Origin: Bacteroides sp.
GTDB taxonomy: Bacteria > Bacteroidota > Bacteroidia > Bacteroidales > Muribaculaceae
DNA length: 55,083 nucleotides
Assembly (NCBI GenBank): GCA_014801235.1
Contig: JAAVEM010000039.1
Location: 1 to 55,083 of the forward strand
Direction: 5' to 3'
Position numbers and translations under genes: made by a program. This document shows positions 20,683 through 29,547 of this stretch, one piece after another (the first letter of the stretch is position 1; every line of letters begins with the position of its first letter). The notes below the pieces were generated by a model. It had not been told where the DNA came from. It ran no database searches and saw only the letters and a list, made by a program, of their open reading frames with translations.

Positions 20683-21443
20683 TGACGGGTTGCATGGCGG
20701 AAAAAAAAGTTTATTTTTTCTCTGACGCTCATCTTGGGGCTACATATATCGATGATCCTCGCCGTCACGAGCAGCGTCTTGTAGACTGGCTTATGTCGAT
20801 AAAGGATGATGCGGCTGAAATCTACATGCTCGGCGATGTGCTTGATTACTGGTATGAGTATCGCACGGTCGTTCCGCGCGGTTATGTCCGTTTTTTCGGC
20901 ACGCTCGCCGCTCTTGCCGATTCAGGAGTGAAGATATATTGGTTTATCGGCAATCATGACATATGGCTGTTTGATTATCTCAGAGATGAAATAGGGCTCA
21001 CGGTTGTGGATGGCTATCTCGTGAAGGATATACTTGGCAAGCGCTTTTTCATGTCGCATGGCGATGGAATAGGTAAGCTTAAACCGTCATTCCGATTGAT
21101 GAGGTGGATATTCCGCAATAAATTCTGTCAAAAATTATATGCAGCCATCCATCCGCGGTGGACTATCCCGTTTGCTCACGAATGGTCATCTTCAAGCCGT
21201 GATTTTGAGCATTATGTTCCGCTTGAAAATGTCGACCCGAAGTCAGAACCTCTTGTTCAGTGGGCTGAGGAATACTCTATCGCTCATCCGGGAATAGATT
21301 ATTTCCTGTTCGGGCATCGTCACGTCCTTTTGCGTCATGCGCTGCAATCAGATGGCGAAGTTTTGATTTTGGGCGACTGGATAAGGCATTTCACTTATGC
21401 CTGTTTTGATGGACAGAAGATGGAAATTTGTAGCTATAATTAA
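20682..21443 (+). CDS. lpxH: UDP-2,3-diacylglucosamine diphosphatase (calcineurin-like metallophosphoesterase)
   Basis: SDAHLG, LGDVLDYW, GNHD, HGD, FGHRH, LGDW motifs; TGATG overlap with the upstream gene. Confidence 0.85.
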   Translation: MTGCMAEKKVYFFSDAHLGATYIDDPRRHEQRLVDWLMSIKDDAAEIYMLGDVLDYWYEYRTVVPRGYVRFFGTLAALADSGVKIYWFIGNHDIWLFDYLRDEIGLTVVDGYLVKDILGKRFFMSHGDGIGKLKPSFRLMRWIFRNKFCQKLYAAIHPRWTIPFAHEWSSSSRDFEHYVPLENVDPKSEPLVQWAEEYSIAHPGIDYFLFGHRHVLLRHALQSDGEVLILGDWIRHFTYACFDGQKMEICSYN

Positions 21444-21561
21444 CAAGTTCGCCATGGAGAGCGATATTTTTAACAAATTTTTACGATAGGTGAAATTTCT
21501 GTTTCCGTGGTAATGAGCTTTTAATTAGATTGTTGGGCGTTATTTCAGTTGGTACGATATC

Positions 21562-21623
21562 AAAAACTATGTTTCTAAACATAGTTTTTCCTTTGGAGAT
21601 GTCATAAAAAAGGTTGACCTTTG
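21562..21623 (+). promoter_or_regulatory. 13-bp inverted repeat (operator-like) abutting a sigmaA-type promoter
   Basis: AAAAACTATGTTT-CT-AAACATAGTTTTT (21562-21589); TTTG 21592-21595, 20 nt, GACCTTTG 21616-21623. Confidence 0.55.
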
Positions 21624-21625
21624 TA

Positions 21626-21712
21626 CCACAAACCTAAAACAATCTTTTTTACCTTAGAAATTGTACCTATTGGAAACCCATAAAAAGGAGCTTAGTGATT
21701 AAGCTCCTTTTT
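21626..21712 (+). ncRNA. Candidate small RNA (about 85 nt)
   Basis: Promoter-like sequence upstream, strong terminator downstream, no ATG-started ORF between; repeated ACCY motifs. Confidence 0.45.
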
Positions 21713-21714
21713 AT
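21680..21714. terminator. Bidirectional terminator (candidate sRNA / ogt)
   Basis: ATAAAAAGGAGCTTA-GTGAT-TAAGCTCCTTTTTAT perfect inverted repeat. Confidence 0.85.
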
Positions 21715-21716
21715 AT

Positions 21717-22241
21717 TTAGATTGTTCTGGCAATTTGTGATTCAAATTCCAATAGACCTCGTTTTGCGTCCAGTCCTCCTGCATATCCTGTGAGTGAGCC
21801 CGAGGCGCCGATCACCCGGTGGCATGGAACTATGATTGAAAGCGGATTGGAGCCGATTGCGTTTGCGACGGCGCGCACCCCCTTGGGGATTCCGCATTGC
21901 ATGGATATGGCGGCGTAGGTCGTTGTTGAGCCGTAAGGGATTTTGGACAATTCTTGCCACACCGATATTTGAAGCGTGGTTCCAACCGATATTGTCGGGA
22001 TGTTGAAACTTTGACGCGAGCCGGCAAAGTATTCATTGAGTTCTTGAACTGTAATATTGTTCTCCTCGCATTCCCCGGGCTGAAACGCTGCATTGAGCTT
22101 TTCACACAGGCGGCGTTTGTTTGATTCATGACGGCGGCTGTCGGTCCAGTCGCAGATACACAATTTTCCGTCGATGCTCCCGATGAGCATTTTTCCATAA
22201 GGAGATTCGTAAAATCGGTATAAAATCGGGCGTTTGGTCAT
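21717..22241 (-). CDS. ogt: Methylated-DNA--protein-cysteine methyltransferase
   Basis: IPYGSTTTY, RAVANAIGSNP, active-site PCHRV, GYAGG. Confidence 0.95.
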   Translation of the reverse strand: MTKRPILYRFYESPYGKMLIGSIDGKLCICDWTDSRRHESNKRRLCEKLNAAFQPGECEENNITVQELNEYFAGSRQSFNIPTISVGTTLQISVWQELSKIPYGSTTTYAAISMQCGIPKGVRAVANAIGSNPLSIIVPCHRVIGASGSLTGYAGGLDAKRGLLEFESQIARTI

Positions 22242-22320
22242 GCCTATTGAAAGATTATGTGAAGCGATTGTGAATTAATATAACAAATTTATGTATTTTT
22301 GTGGATAAATTGTCAAGATT

Positions 22321-23070
22321 ATGGATATAAACGAATATTTTGCCAACCGTTGCACGGTTCGTAATTATACCGACAAAGAGATTGACCCGGCGTTGCTGAT
22401 GCAAATGCTTGAAGAGGCTGCCCATGCCCCTAACACAGGCAATATGCAATTATATTCGGTGATAGTGAGCCGCACTCCTGAAGAGAAAGCCGCGCTTGCT
22501 CCGATGCATTTCAATCAGCCGTGTGCCACCGGATGCAGTGTTTTGTTGACGTTCTGCATTGATATTAACCGTTTCCGCCGTTGGTGTGAAGCGAATCACG
22601 CCGAGGAGGGATTCGGCAATAGCCAGATGCTGCTGGCATCGGCAATTGATGCTTCGCTTTTTGCCCAGCAATTCAATACGATAGCCGAGCTTAACGGACT
22701 TGGATGTTGCTATCTCGGCACCACTGCATATAATGCTGCCGAAATTGCCGCTATCCTTAAATGTCCTGACGGCGTGGTGCCGTTGATTTCTCTTGCCGTG
22801 GGCTATCCAAAAGGGGAGGGCAACCGGTCAGACCGACTTCCTATAGGCTCGATAGTTCATTTCGGTAAATATGACGATTATGATTACTCCCGCATAAAGT
22901 CGGTCTATGCCGACAAGGAGTCGCTTGAGGAGAGCGCTGAGTTTATTGCTCAGAACAATAAGGAAACCCTTGCGCAGGTTTATGCCGAGGTGCGTTATCC
23001 TAAAGCGACAAATGAGCTTTTTTCAAAGAGTCTTGATGAATATCTTGACCGCACTTTTTTTAAGAAATAA
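22321..23070 (+). CDS. NfsA-like nitroreductase family protein
   Basis: RCTVRNY, APNTGNMQLYSVI, AELNGLGCCYLGTT, LAVGYP. Confidence 0.88.
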   Translation: MDINEYFANRCTVRNYTDKEIDPALLMQMLEEAAHAPNTGNMQLYSVIVSRTPEEKAALAPMHFNQPCATGCSVLLTFCIDINRFRRWCEANHAEEGFGNSQMLLASAIDASLFAQQFNTIAELNGLGCCYLGTTAYNAAEIAAILKCPDGVVPLISLAVGYPKGEGNRSDRLPIGSIVHFGKYDDYDYSRIKSVYADKESLEESAEFIAQNNKETLAQVYAEVRYPKATNELFSKSLDEYLDRTFFKK

Positions 23071-23093
23071 ATTAACCAATCATCACATAACTT

Positions 23094-25082
23094 ATGTCAG
23101 AAAAAACTAATCAGGTCGATCTTGAAACGGACGACAACGGTGTGTCAGGCTTGCCTGAAAATGCATTTCGGGAGCTTGGCGCCGATGAGCAGTATCATCC
23201 TGTGATGCATCCTGCCCATGATTACGCCGAAGTGACCCCTTATTCAGTGGGAATGGGATTGCTTCTTGCTGTTATTTTCAGCGCCGCCGCCGCTTATCTC
23301 GGATTGAGAGTGGGGCAGGTGTTTGAAGCCGCAATTCCTATTGCCATTATAGCAGTGGGATTGTCAGGAGCCCTTAAAAAGCAGAATCCGCTCGGGCAGA
23401 ATGTGATAATCCAGTCCATCGGAGCTTGTTCAGGCGTTATCGTCGCCGGAGCGATATTCACTCTTCCGGCGCTCTACATTCTTCAGGCTAAATATCCTGA
23501 AATTACAGTGAACTTCCTTGAAATATTCCTCAGTTCGCTGTTCGGAGGTGTTTTGGGCATATTGTTCTTTATCCCTTTCAGAAAATATTTCGTGAAGGAT
23601 ATGCACGGAAAATATCCTTTCCCCGAGGCTACTGCGACTACTCAGGTGCTTGTCAGCGGAGAGGGTAAAGGCGCTCAGAGCGGTTCACAGGCGAAGACTC
23701 TTGTCATCGCGTCGCTTATAGGCGGTATTTATGATTACCTTCTTGCCACCTTTGGATGGTGGGCTGAGAATGTGACCTCTCTTGCTTCGCAATGGGGAGC
23801 CGCGCTTGCCGAGAAAACGAAGCTTGTGTTGAGCGTGAATACCGGAGCCGCGCTTCTCGGACTCGGCTATATAGTGGGGTTGAAGTACGCTTTCGTGATT
23901 TTTGCCGGTTCGATATTCGTGTGGTGGATTATTATTCCGTTGATGGGTACCTATGGCGCGGCTGAAATCGCATCCCTTGATCCGGGAGTCATATTCAGCG
24001 ACTATGCCCGACTCATCGGCATCGGCGGTATCGCAATGGCGGGTGTCATCGGAATTGTCAAGTCATGGCATATAATCGCTCAGGCTGTGGGGCTTGCCGC
24101 GCGTGAGCTCAAAGGGAAGCCGAGCGGAGAGAAGGAAGTGCGTTGGCAGACCGATATATCGATGAAACACATCGTCTACATGGTTGCGGTGGCTTTGATC
24201 GCCGTGCTTTGTTTCTTCTGGATCGGTGTTATCCACACCTTCTGGCAGGCTTTGGTGGCATGGATCGTGGTGACTGTAATCGCATTCTTGTTTACAACCG
24301 TAGCCGCCAACGCTATCGCTATCGTGGGTTCAAACCCGGTGTCGGGAATGACCTTGATGACCCTTATCATTGCGTCGGCGATATTCGTGGCGATTGGTCT
24401 GAGCGGAACATCAGGTATCGTAGCCGCCATGGTTATAGGTGGTGTTGTCTGCACGGCGCTTTCGATGGCTGGCGGTTTCGTAACCGACCTCAAGATTGGC
24501 TATTGGCTTGGCTCTACTCCTAAAAAGCAGGAGAGCTGGAAATTTTTGGGTACTCTCGTCTCGGCTGCTACAGTAGGCGGCGTGATTCTTGTGCTTAACA
24601 AAGTCTATGGATTCTCAGGACCCGACGCTCTCGTGGCTCCTCAGGCAAATGCGATGGCTAAGGTTATCGAGCCGTTGATGATGGGTGGTGAAACCCCGTG
24701 GATTCTCTACATGGTCGGAGCGATACTTGCGTTGATTTTGAATTGGCTTGGAGTTCCGGCGCTTGCATTCTGTCTCGGTATGTTTATTCCGCTTCAGCTC
24801 AACACTCCGATGCTTGTGGGCGGCGCGATAGCATATTTTGTTTCAAATCGTTCGACTGACGAGGCTGTAAATAACGCTCGCCGTGACCGCGGAACTCTTA
24901 TCGCATCGGGATTGATTGCCGGCGGCGCTCTGTTCGGGGTGTTCTCGGCGTTGACCCGTTTTGCCGGATTTGAGTATGAAAATCCTGTTCCTGAATTGAC
25001 TACCCAGATTCTCGGTTGCGTGATGTATGCGTTGCTCATCGTTTATTTGATTTGCAGCTCAATGCGAGCCAAAAAGAATTGA
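23094..25082 (+). CDS. OPT-family oligopeptide transporter
   Basis: YLGLRVGQVFEAAIPIA, YPFPEATAT, NPVSGMTL, DLKIGYWLGSTP, APQANAM; multiple TMs. Confidence 0.93.
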   Translation: MSEKTNQVDLETDDNGVSGLPENAFRELGADEQYHPVMHPAHDYAEVTPYSVGMGLLLAVIFSAAAAYLGLRVGQVFEAAIPIAIIAVGLSGALKKQNPLGQNVIIQSIGACSGVIVAGAIFTLPALYILQAKYPEITVNFLEIFLSSLFGGVLGILFFIPFRKYFVKDMHGKYPFPEATATTQVLVSGEGKGAQSGSQAKTLVIASLIGGIYDYLLATFGWWAENVTSLASQWGAALAEKTKLVLSVNTGAALLGLGYIVGLKYAFVIFAGSIFVWWIIIPLMGTYGAAEIASLDPGVIFSDYARLIGIGGIAMAGVIGIVKSWHIIAQAVGLAARELKGKPSGEKEVRWQTDISMKHIVYMVAVALIAVLCFFWIGVIHTFWQALVAWIVVTVIAFLFTTVAANAIAIVGSNPVSGMTLMTLIIASAIFVAIGLSGTSGIVAAMVIGGVVCTALSMAGGFVTDLKIGYWLGSTPKKQESWKFLGTLVSAATVGGVILVLNKVYGFSGPDALVAPQANAMAKVIEPLMMGGETPWILYMVGAILALILNWLGVPALAFCLGMFIPLQLNTPMLVGGAIAYFVSNRSTDEAVNNARRDRGTLIASGLIAGGALFGVFSALTRFAGFEYENPVPELTTQILGCVMYALLIVYLICSSMRAKKN

Positions 25083-25085
25083 CGT

Positions 25086-26387
25086 TTGCTATTTAAAGGA
25101 ATAAATAGAGAGATTCTGGCAATCTCGGTGCCGTCGATTGTAACCAATATCACCACTCCCTTGCTCGGACTGGTTGACGTTGCTATCGCCGGACACATGG
25201 GGAGCGCCTCGTATATAGGAGCCATCGCTGTCGGTGGCTCCTTATTTAATATGCTGTATTGGCTGTTCGGTTTCCTGCGCATGGGATCAAGCGGCATGAC
25301 CGCGCAGGCTTATGGCGCCAATGACCGGGTGCAACAGTCGCGTGTGCTTCACCAGGCTCTTGCCGTAGGTGTGCTTGCCGGTCTTGTGATGATACTTGCA
25401 CAGTCTCTTATCTGTGTTGCCGGGCTGGATTTCATGGATGTGAAAGATGACACCCGCGAGCTTGCGTCGGTCTATTTTAAAATCTTGATATGGGGCGCGC
25501 CGGCGGTATTGTGCAACTATGCTTTGTGTGGCTGGTTTGTCGGTATGCAAAACAGCGCGGCAGCCATGTGGGTCTCGATTGTGATAAATGTGAGCAATAT
25601 CGCAGCGAGTTGCCTGATGGTATATGTTTTCCATCTTGGCATTTCGGGACTTGCCGGAGGCACTCTTTTTGCGCAATGGTGTGGTTTCGGATTGGGAGCG
25701 ATTATCGCATTTGCCCATTATAAGGTGGCGAGGCTTCGGGTGAAAGAGATTCTGAGATGGTCGATGTTGAAGCGTTTTTTCAGGATCAATTCCGACATAT
25801 TTCTGCGCACGGTGTGCCTGGTTGCCGTCACGATGTGGTTCACCCGCGCAGGTGCGTCGCAGGGCGACGTTATGCTGGCGGTAAATGCTTTGCTGATGCA
25901 GTTTTTCACCATTTTTTCCTTTTTCATGGATGGTTTCGCTTTTGCCGGCGAAGCTCTTGTCGGAAAGTATATAGGTGCCGGGCAGCCGGCTGAGCTTAGG
26001 ACCAGGATATTCGCGTTGTGTAAATGGGGTGCCGGCATCGCTGTGGCTTTCACTCTGCTATATGCGTTGGGTGGGAATGCGTTGCTGTCGGTTTTGAGCG
26101 ATGATGCCGGTGTTATAAGCGCGGCGGCTGACTACCGATGGTGGGTAGTTACAGTCCCCGCTGTGGGTTTTCTCGCATTCTCTTACGACGGTATCTTCAT
26201 AGGGGCTACCGCCACGCGCGACATGTTGATGTCGATGTTTGTCGCCACCGTTGTTTTCTTTGCGGTTTATTTCCTCGCTTTTCCGGCGATGGGCAATGAC
26301 GGGCTGTGGCTTGCGTTTATATGCTATCTTTTTATGCGTGGAGTTATTCTGGCTTTTATAGGGCGACGTTATGTTGCCGGTCACTGA
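25086..26387 (+). CDS. MATE-family efflux transporter (DinF-like)
   Basis: NITTPLLGLVDVAIAGH, FGFLRMGSSGMTAQAYGA, DIFLRT, DGFAFAGEALVG. Confidence 0.93.
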   Translation: MLFKGINREILAISVPSIVTNITTPLLGLVDVAIAGHMGSASYIGAIAVGGSLFNMLYWLFGFLRMGSSGMTAQAYGANDRVQQSRVLHQALAVGVLAGLVMILAQSLICVAGLDFMDVKDDTRELASVYFKILIWGAPAVLCNYALCGWFVGMQNSAAAMWVSIVINVSNIAASCLMVYVFHLGISGLAGGTLFAQWCGFGLGAIIAFAHYKVARLRVKEILRWSMLKRFFRINSDIFLRTVCLVAVTMWFTRAGASQGDVMLAVNALLMQFFTIFSFFMDGFAFAGEALVGKYIGAGQPAELRTRIFALCKWGAGIAVAFTLLYALGGNALLSVLSDDAGVISAAADYRWWVVTVPAVGFLAFSYDGIFIGATATRDMLMSMFVATVVFFAVYFLAFPAMGNDGLWLAFICYLFMRGVILAFIGRRYVAGH

Positions 26388-26414
26388 CGGGCTTGTCCAA
26401 GGCTATATATAAAG

Positions 26415-26450
26415 AAACGGCGCCATCAACGTGGTGCCGTTTTATTTTTT
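26415..26450. terminator. Terminator between convergent MATE and thioredoxin-like genes
   Basis: aaacggcgccat-caac-gtggtgccgttt with T-rich tail. Confidence 0.7.
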
Positions 26451-26461
26451 AGAGAGGAGGT

Positions 26462-26968
26462 TTATTCTACTTTAAAATCAATTAACTGTTGCTTGGTGGG
26501 GTCTTTGGCTACAATCTTGCCTTGCGGATTTATCAGATAAGAGTGCATCCCGTTTTCAAGATGATAGTCATTGACAAGTTTTCCGGCTTTCTTGCCTGAT
26601 ACGTGAAATTGTGCTATTTCGTTTGTCCCGTCGATTTTTGCAATCTCCTTGAACAGGTCCTCGCTTCTATCCATGTTGATTGCCAAAAAGCGGAATCGGT
26701 CTGATGACGGACGTTTTGCCGGGTTTGTCCGGATTAAATCGGAATATTGCTTTGTCAATATCCTGGATTTGGCGTCGGTTGTTGCCCAAAATTGAAGAAG
26801 TACCCAATGCCCTTTCATGTCGTCGAGGGAGACAATCGTGTCATTTGATTCAACTTTGAACACAGGAGCCGTGCTGCCCTTTTTGCCGTCGACGGCGTTG
26901 ATTGTGGCAGCTGTTCCCAATCCGATCAGAACTGCGAAGAGTACAATAATCATAATTGTTTTCTTCAT
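26462..26968 (-). CDS. Exported TlpA/AhpC-TSA-like thioredoxin-fold protein lacking CxxC
   Basis: Signal peptide; SLDDMKGHWVLLQFWATTD (TlpA FWAxWC position without Cys); YLINPQGKIVAKD. Confidence 0.8.
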   Translation of the reverse strand: MKKTIMIIVLFAVLIGLGTAATINAVDGKKGSTAPVFKVESNDTIVSLDDMKGHWVLLQFWATTDAKSRILTKQYSDLIRTNPAKRPSSDRFRFLAINMDRSEDLFKEIAKIDGTNEIAQFHVSGKKAGKLVNDYHLENGMHSYLINPQGKIVAKDPTKQQLIDFKVE

Positions 26969-27081
26969 TGCATAAGCTTTAAATTTATACTTACGGGAAA
27001 GACGCTCACGCGGGTGTCCCGTTGCCGGCTTTCGGCGAGGTCAGACTCTTCCAACCTATTGTGTAAACAATTCAGATGGGG

Positions 27082-27113
27082 CAAAGTTAGCTGATATTCA
27101 TTAAAATAACAAA
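27082..27113 (-). promoter_or_regulatory. Consensus sigmaA promoter for the thioredoxin-like gene, giving a leader of about 105 nt
   Basis: Minus strand TTTG (27113-27110), 20 nt, TAACTTTG (27089-27082). Confidence 0.7.
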
Positions 27114-27320
27114 GTTTTAGACTTACTGCCATCTCATTAAGGATTGTGAATGTGAGTTGAAAACCGCATGAATACAAGCGCTTCAAGGGATTGTTAAAAT
27201 ACTTTAAAATTATGTTTTTAAACATGTGGCAGCCAATTCAAGCGTTGTTTTTAGGATTATTTAAACTAATTTTAATGTAAGTTGTTATAATAACTGTTAA
27301 TATATTAAAATTGAAAAAGT

Positions 27321-28634
27321 ATGAAATCAAGGTTTTTGTCAGTGTTTGCTATGCTTGCCGGAATCGCTCTTTGCGGATCGGCTGAGACTCCTGCCGAAAA
27401 ACAGTTGGAGCTTCTTAAAAAGGATCACCACATTATTCACCTTGAAGGTGGTGAGCAAGGAGCAGTTGACACTATTTCTGAACAGGAGCTTATCAATACG
27501 TTCTATTATGATCAGTTCCGCCATTTTCAGGATCCGCGGGCGCCTTATTTCATGCTTATGAGCAAGACTCGCAAATATGCCATGGGTATAGGCGGTGTTG
27601 TTAGAATGAGGGGTTGGTATGACTGGAACGGAGCCATGCCTAATGCCGGTTTCACTCCTTATAATATAAGCATTCCCCGAAATCCCACGAAAAACAACTG
27701 GTATGGCACTACTCCGGCAGGAACAGCTCTGTTTTTCTCGGTATTCGGAAGAAATAACACCTATGGTCAATATCAGCTATATATCGAGGGTAATTTTTCG
27801 GGATATGACAGTCGCGGTTTCAAATTGAAGAAAGCTTATGCAACTGTCAATGACTGGACTCTTGGTTATACTACATCGACATTCCAAGACCCTGCCGCTC
27901 AGCCACCCACTCTCGACGCTCAGGGTCCAAATTCGAAGACCGGATCGACCAATATGTTGCTCAGATGGATGCACACGATGAAAAGTCATTGGGTAGTGGC
28001 GCTGTCGGTTGAAACACCAAGCAGTTCCATAACCTCAAAGCCTGATTTTTATACCGGATGCAGTGACTACATGCCTGATTTCGCCGGATTTGTGCAGTAT
28101 CAGTGGGGTAGCTCTTCTCATGTGCGCCTGTCTGGTATCGTTCGCGGTCTCAAGTATCGTGATTTGGTTTCGGAACGCAATTATCGTGTTGCAGGGTGGG
28201 GCGCTCACGCAAGCGCGGTGTTTACCCCGGTGTCGCCATTGACTGTCTATGGAGCTTTTCTGGTTGGAAAAGGCGTGAGCAGTCTAAATAATGATTTGCA
28301 GAATGGAGCCGGCGATTTGATCGGAAATCCCAATCAAGAGGGGCGCATGTATGCCCCGATGAGCCTTGGTTGGTATGGCGCGATGAGCTATCATTTCAAG
28401 CCTAATCTGTTTTCGACGGTGATTTTTGGCGAGGAGCGTTTTCTGCCCAAGTATAATCCTAACTTCGATAATCTCACATATAAATATGGTCTTTATGCAA
28501 CGGCAAATGTGATATGGGACATCACCCCGAGATGTGAAGTGGGATTGGAATATAACATAGGTAAACGCCAGAATATCGACTTGCAGCATAGATGGGCCGA
28601 CCGCTTGTGCTTCATGGCTCAGTTCAGTTTCTGA
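27321..28634 (+). CDS. Outer-membrane beta-barrel porin (DcaP-like)
   Basis: Signal peptide, FRHFQDPRAPYFMLMSK segment, amphipathic beta strands, C-terminal Phe (AQFSF). Confidence 0.7.
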   Translation: MKSRFLSVFAMLAGIALCGSAETPAEKQLELLKKDHHIIHLEGGEQGAVDTISEQELINTFYYDQFRHFQDPRAPYFMLMSKTRKYAMGIGGVVRMRGWYDWNGAMPNAGFTPYNISIPRNPTKNNWYGTTPAGTALFFSVFGRNNTYGQYQLYIEGNFSGYDSRGFKLKKAYATVNDWTLGYTTSTFQDPAAQPPTLDAQGPNSKTGSTNMLLRWMHTMKSHWVVALSVETPSSSITSKPDFYTGCSDYMPDFAGFVQYQWGSSSHVRLSGIVRGLKYRDLVSERNYRVAGWGAHASAVFTPVSPLTVYGAFLVGKGVSSLNNDLQNGAGDLIGNPNQEGRMYAPMSLGWYGAMSYHFKPNLFSTVIFGEERFLPKYNPNFDNLTYKYGLYATANVIWDITPRCEVGLEYNIGKRQNIDLQHRWADRLCFMAQFSF

Positions 28635-28709
28635 GAATGTCGTTTTGTTGCCTCTCAGTTTGGCGAGACGAGGAGTTATTATTACCTTTGCGCCGATAAA
28701 CATATAATT

Positions 28710-29043
28710 GAGTGGGGCGGTTGGTCGCTTGCCGACTTCGGGCGCGGCAAGAGGAAAGTCCGGGCAACATAGAGCGCCATAGTCACTAACGGTGACCGGT
28801 CAGTGATGGTCGAGTAGCGTGACAGAAAATAACCGCCTTCATTCGTGGAGGCAAGGGTGAAAAGGCGAGGTAAGAGCTCACCGGGTTTCGCAGCAATGCG
28901 GAGCGCCGCACGCCTTATGGGTTGCAAGGTCAAGTATACCGGCATTTAAGGGTTGCTCGCCCATTGCCGGGGGGTAGACTGCGAAGATAAATGACCGACC
29001 ACGATCTCAGGATTGTGACATAACCCGGCTTATAGTTCCGCTC
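28710..29043 (+). ncRNA. rnpB: RNase P RNA (type A)
   Basis: GAGGAAAGTCCGGGC, AGGGTGAAAAGGCGAGGTAAGAGCTCACC, AGATAAATGACC, ACATAACCCGGCTTAT; P1 pairing gagtggggc/gttccgctc; TACCTTTG promoter at 28683-28690. Confidence 0.95.
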
Positions 29044-29055
29044 AATCTAAAACGA

Positions 29056-29085
29056 AACGAGCTTTTCCGATTGGAAAAGCTCGTT
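29056..29085. terminator. Terminator between rnpB and ferredoxin
   Basis: AACGAGCTTTTCC-GATT-GGAAAAGCTCGTT perfect inverted repeat. Confidence 0.8.
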
Positions 29086-29111
29086 CTGTGTTCTGTTGCG
29101 TATGCCGGAGA

Positions 29112-29279
29112 TTAGCCCGGGATAATTGCTTCGCTGGGACATACTTCAGCGCAGCTGCCACATTCGATACAAGTATCGGGATCGATGTGATAGATGTCAC
29201 CTTCAGAGATAGCCTCAACCGGGCAAACCGGGAGACAAGTACCGCATGCTACACACTTATCGGTAATTACGTAAGCCAT
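29112..29279 (-). CDS. 2x[4Fe-4S] clostridial-type ferredoxin (55 aa; below the ORF-track length cutoff)
   Basis: Manual translation MAYVITDKCVACGTCLPVCPVEAISEGDIYHIDPDTCIECGSCAEVCPSEAIIPG; two CxxCxxCxxxCP motifs. Confidence 0.95.
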   Translation of the reverse strand: MAYVITDKCVACGTCLPVCPVEAISEGDIYHIDPDTCIECGSCAEVCPSEAIIPG

Positions 29280-29547
29280 GATTGAAAAATTTTTAGTTAT
29301 TATACGAATTGCTTATTGTTTGCTCTGCAAAGTTATATCTTTTATTTTAATATTGGCAACAATTCCGGGAAAAATCTAAATTTAATTTTCTTGCGGAAGG
29401 GAGGAGTTAATCTATATAAGAGAAATGAAATAAAATTTTTCACAAATGAGGAAAAACACTAAGTTATTTGTTAAAGAATTAAAGGAATCATGTTATATTT
29501 GCATTAGATTTCTAAAGAATTGTCTTAATTAACACCTACTATTACTG

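Noticed and set aside
28710..29043. Functional link between rnpB and the C4-like leader elements
   Set aside because: rnpB is a core gene 9-26 kb away; proximity gives no evidence that RNase P processes these leaders.
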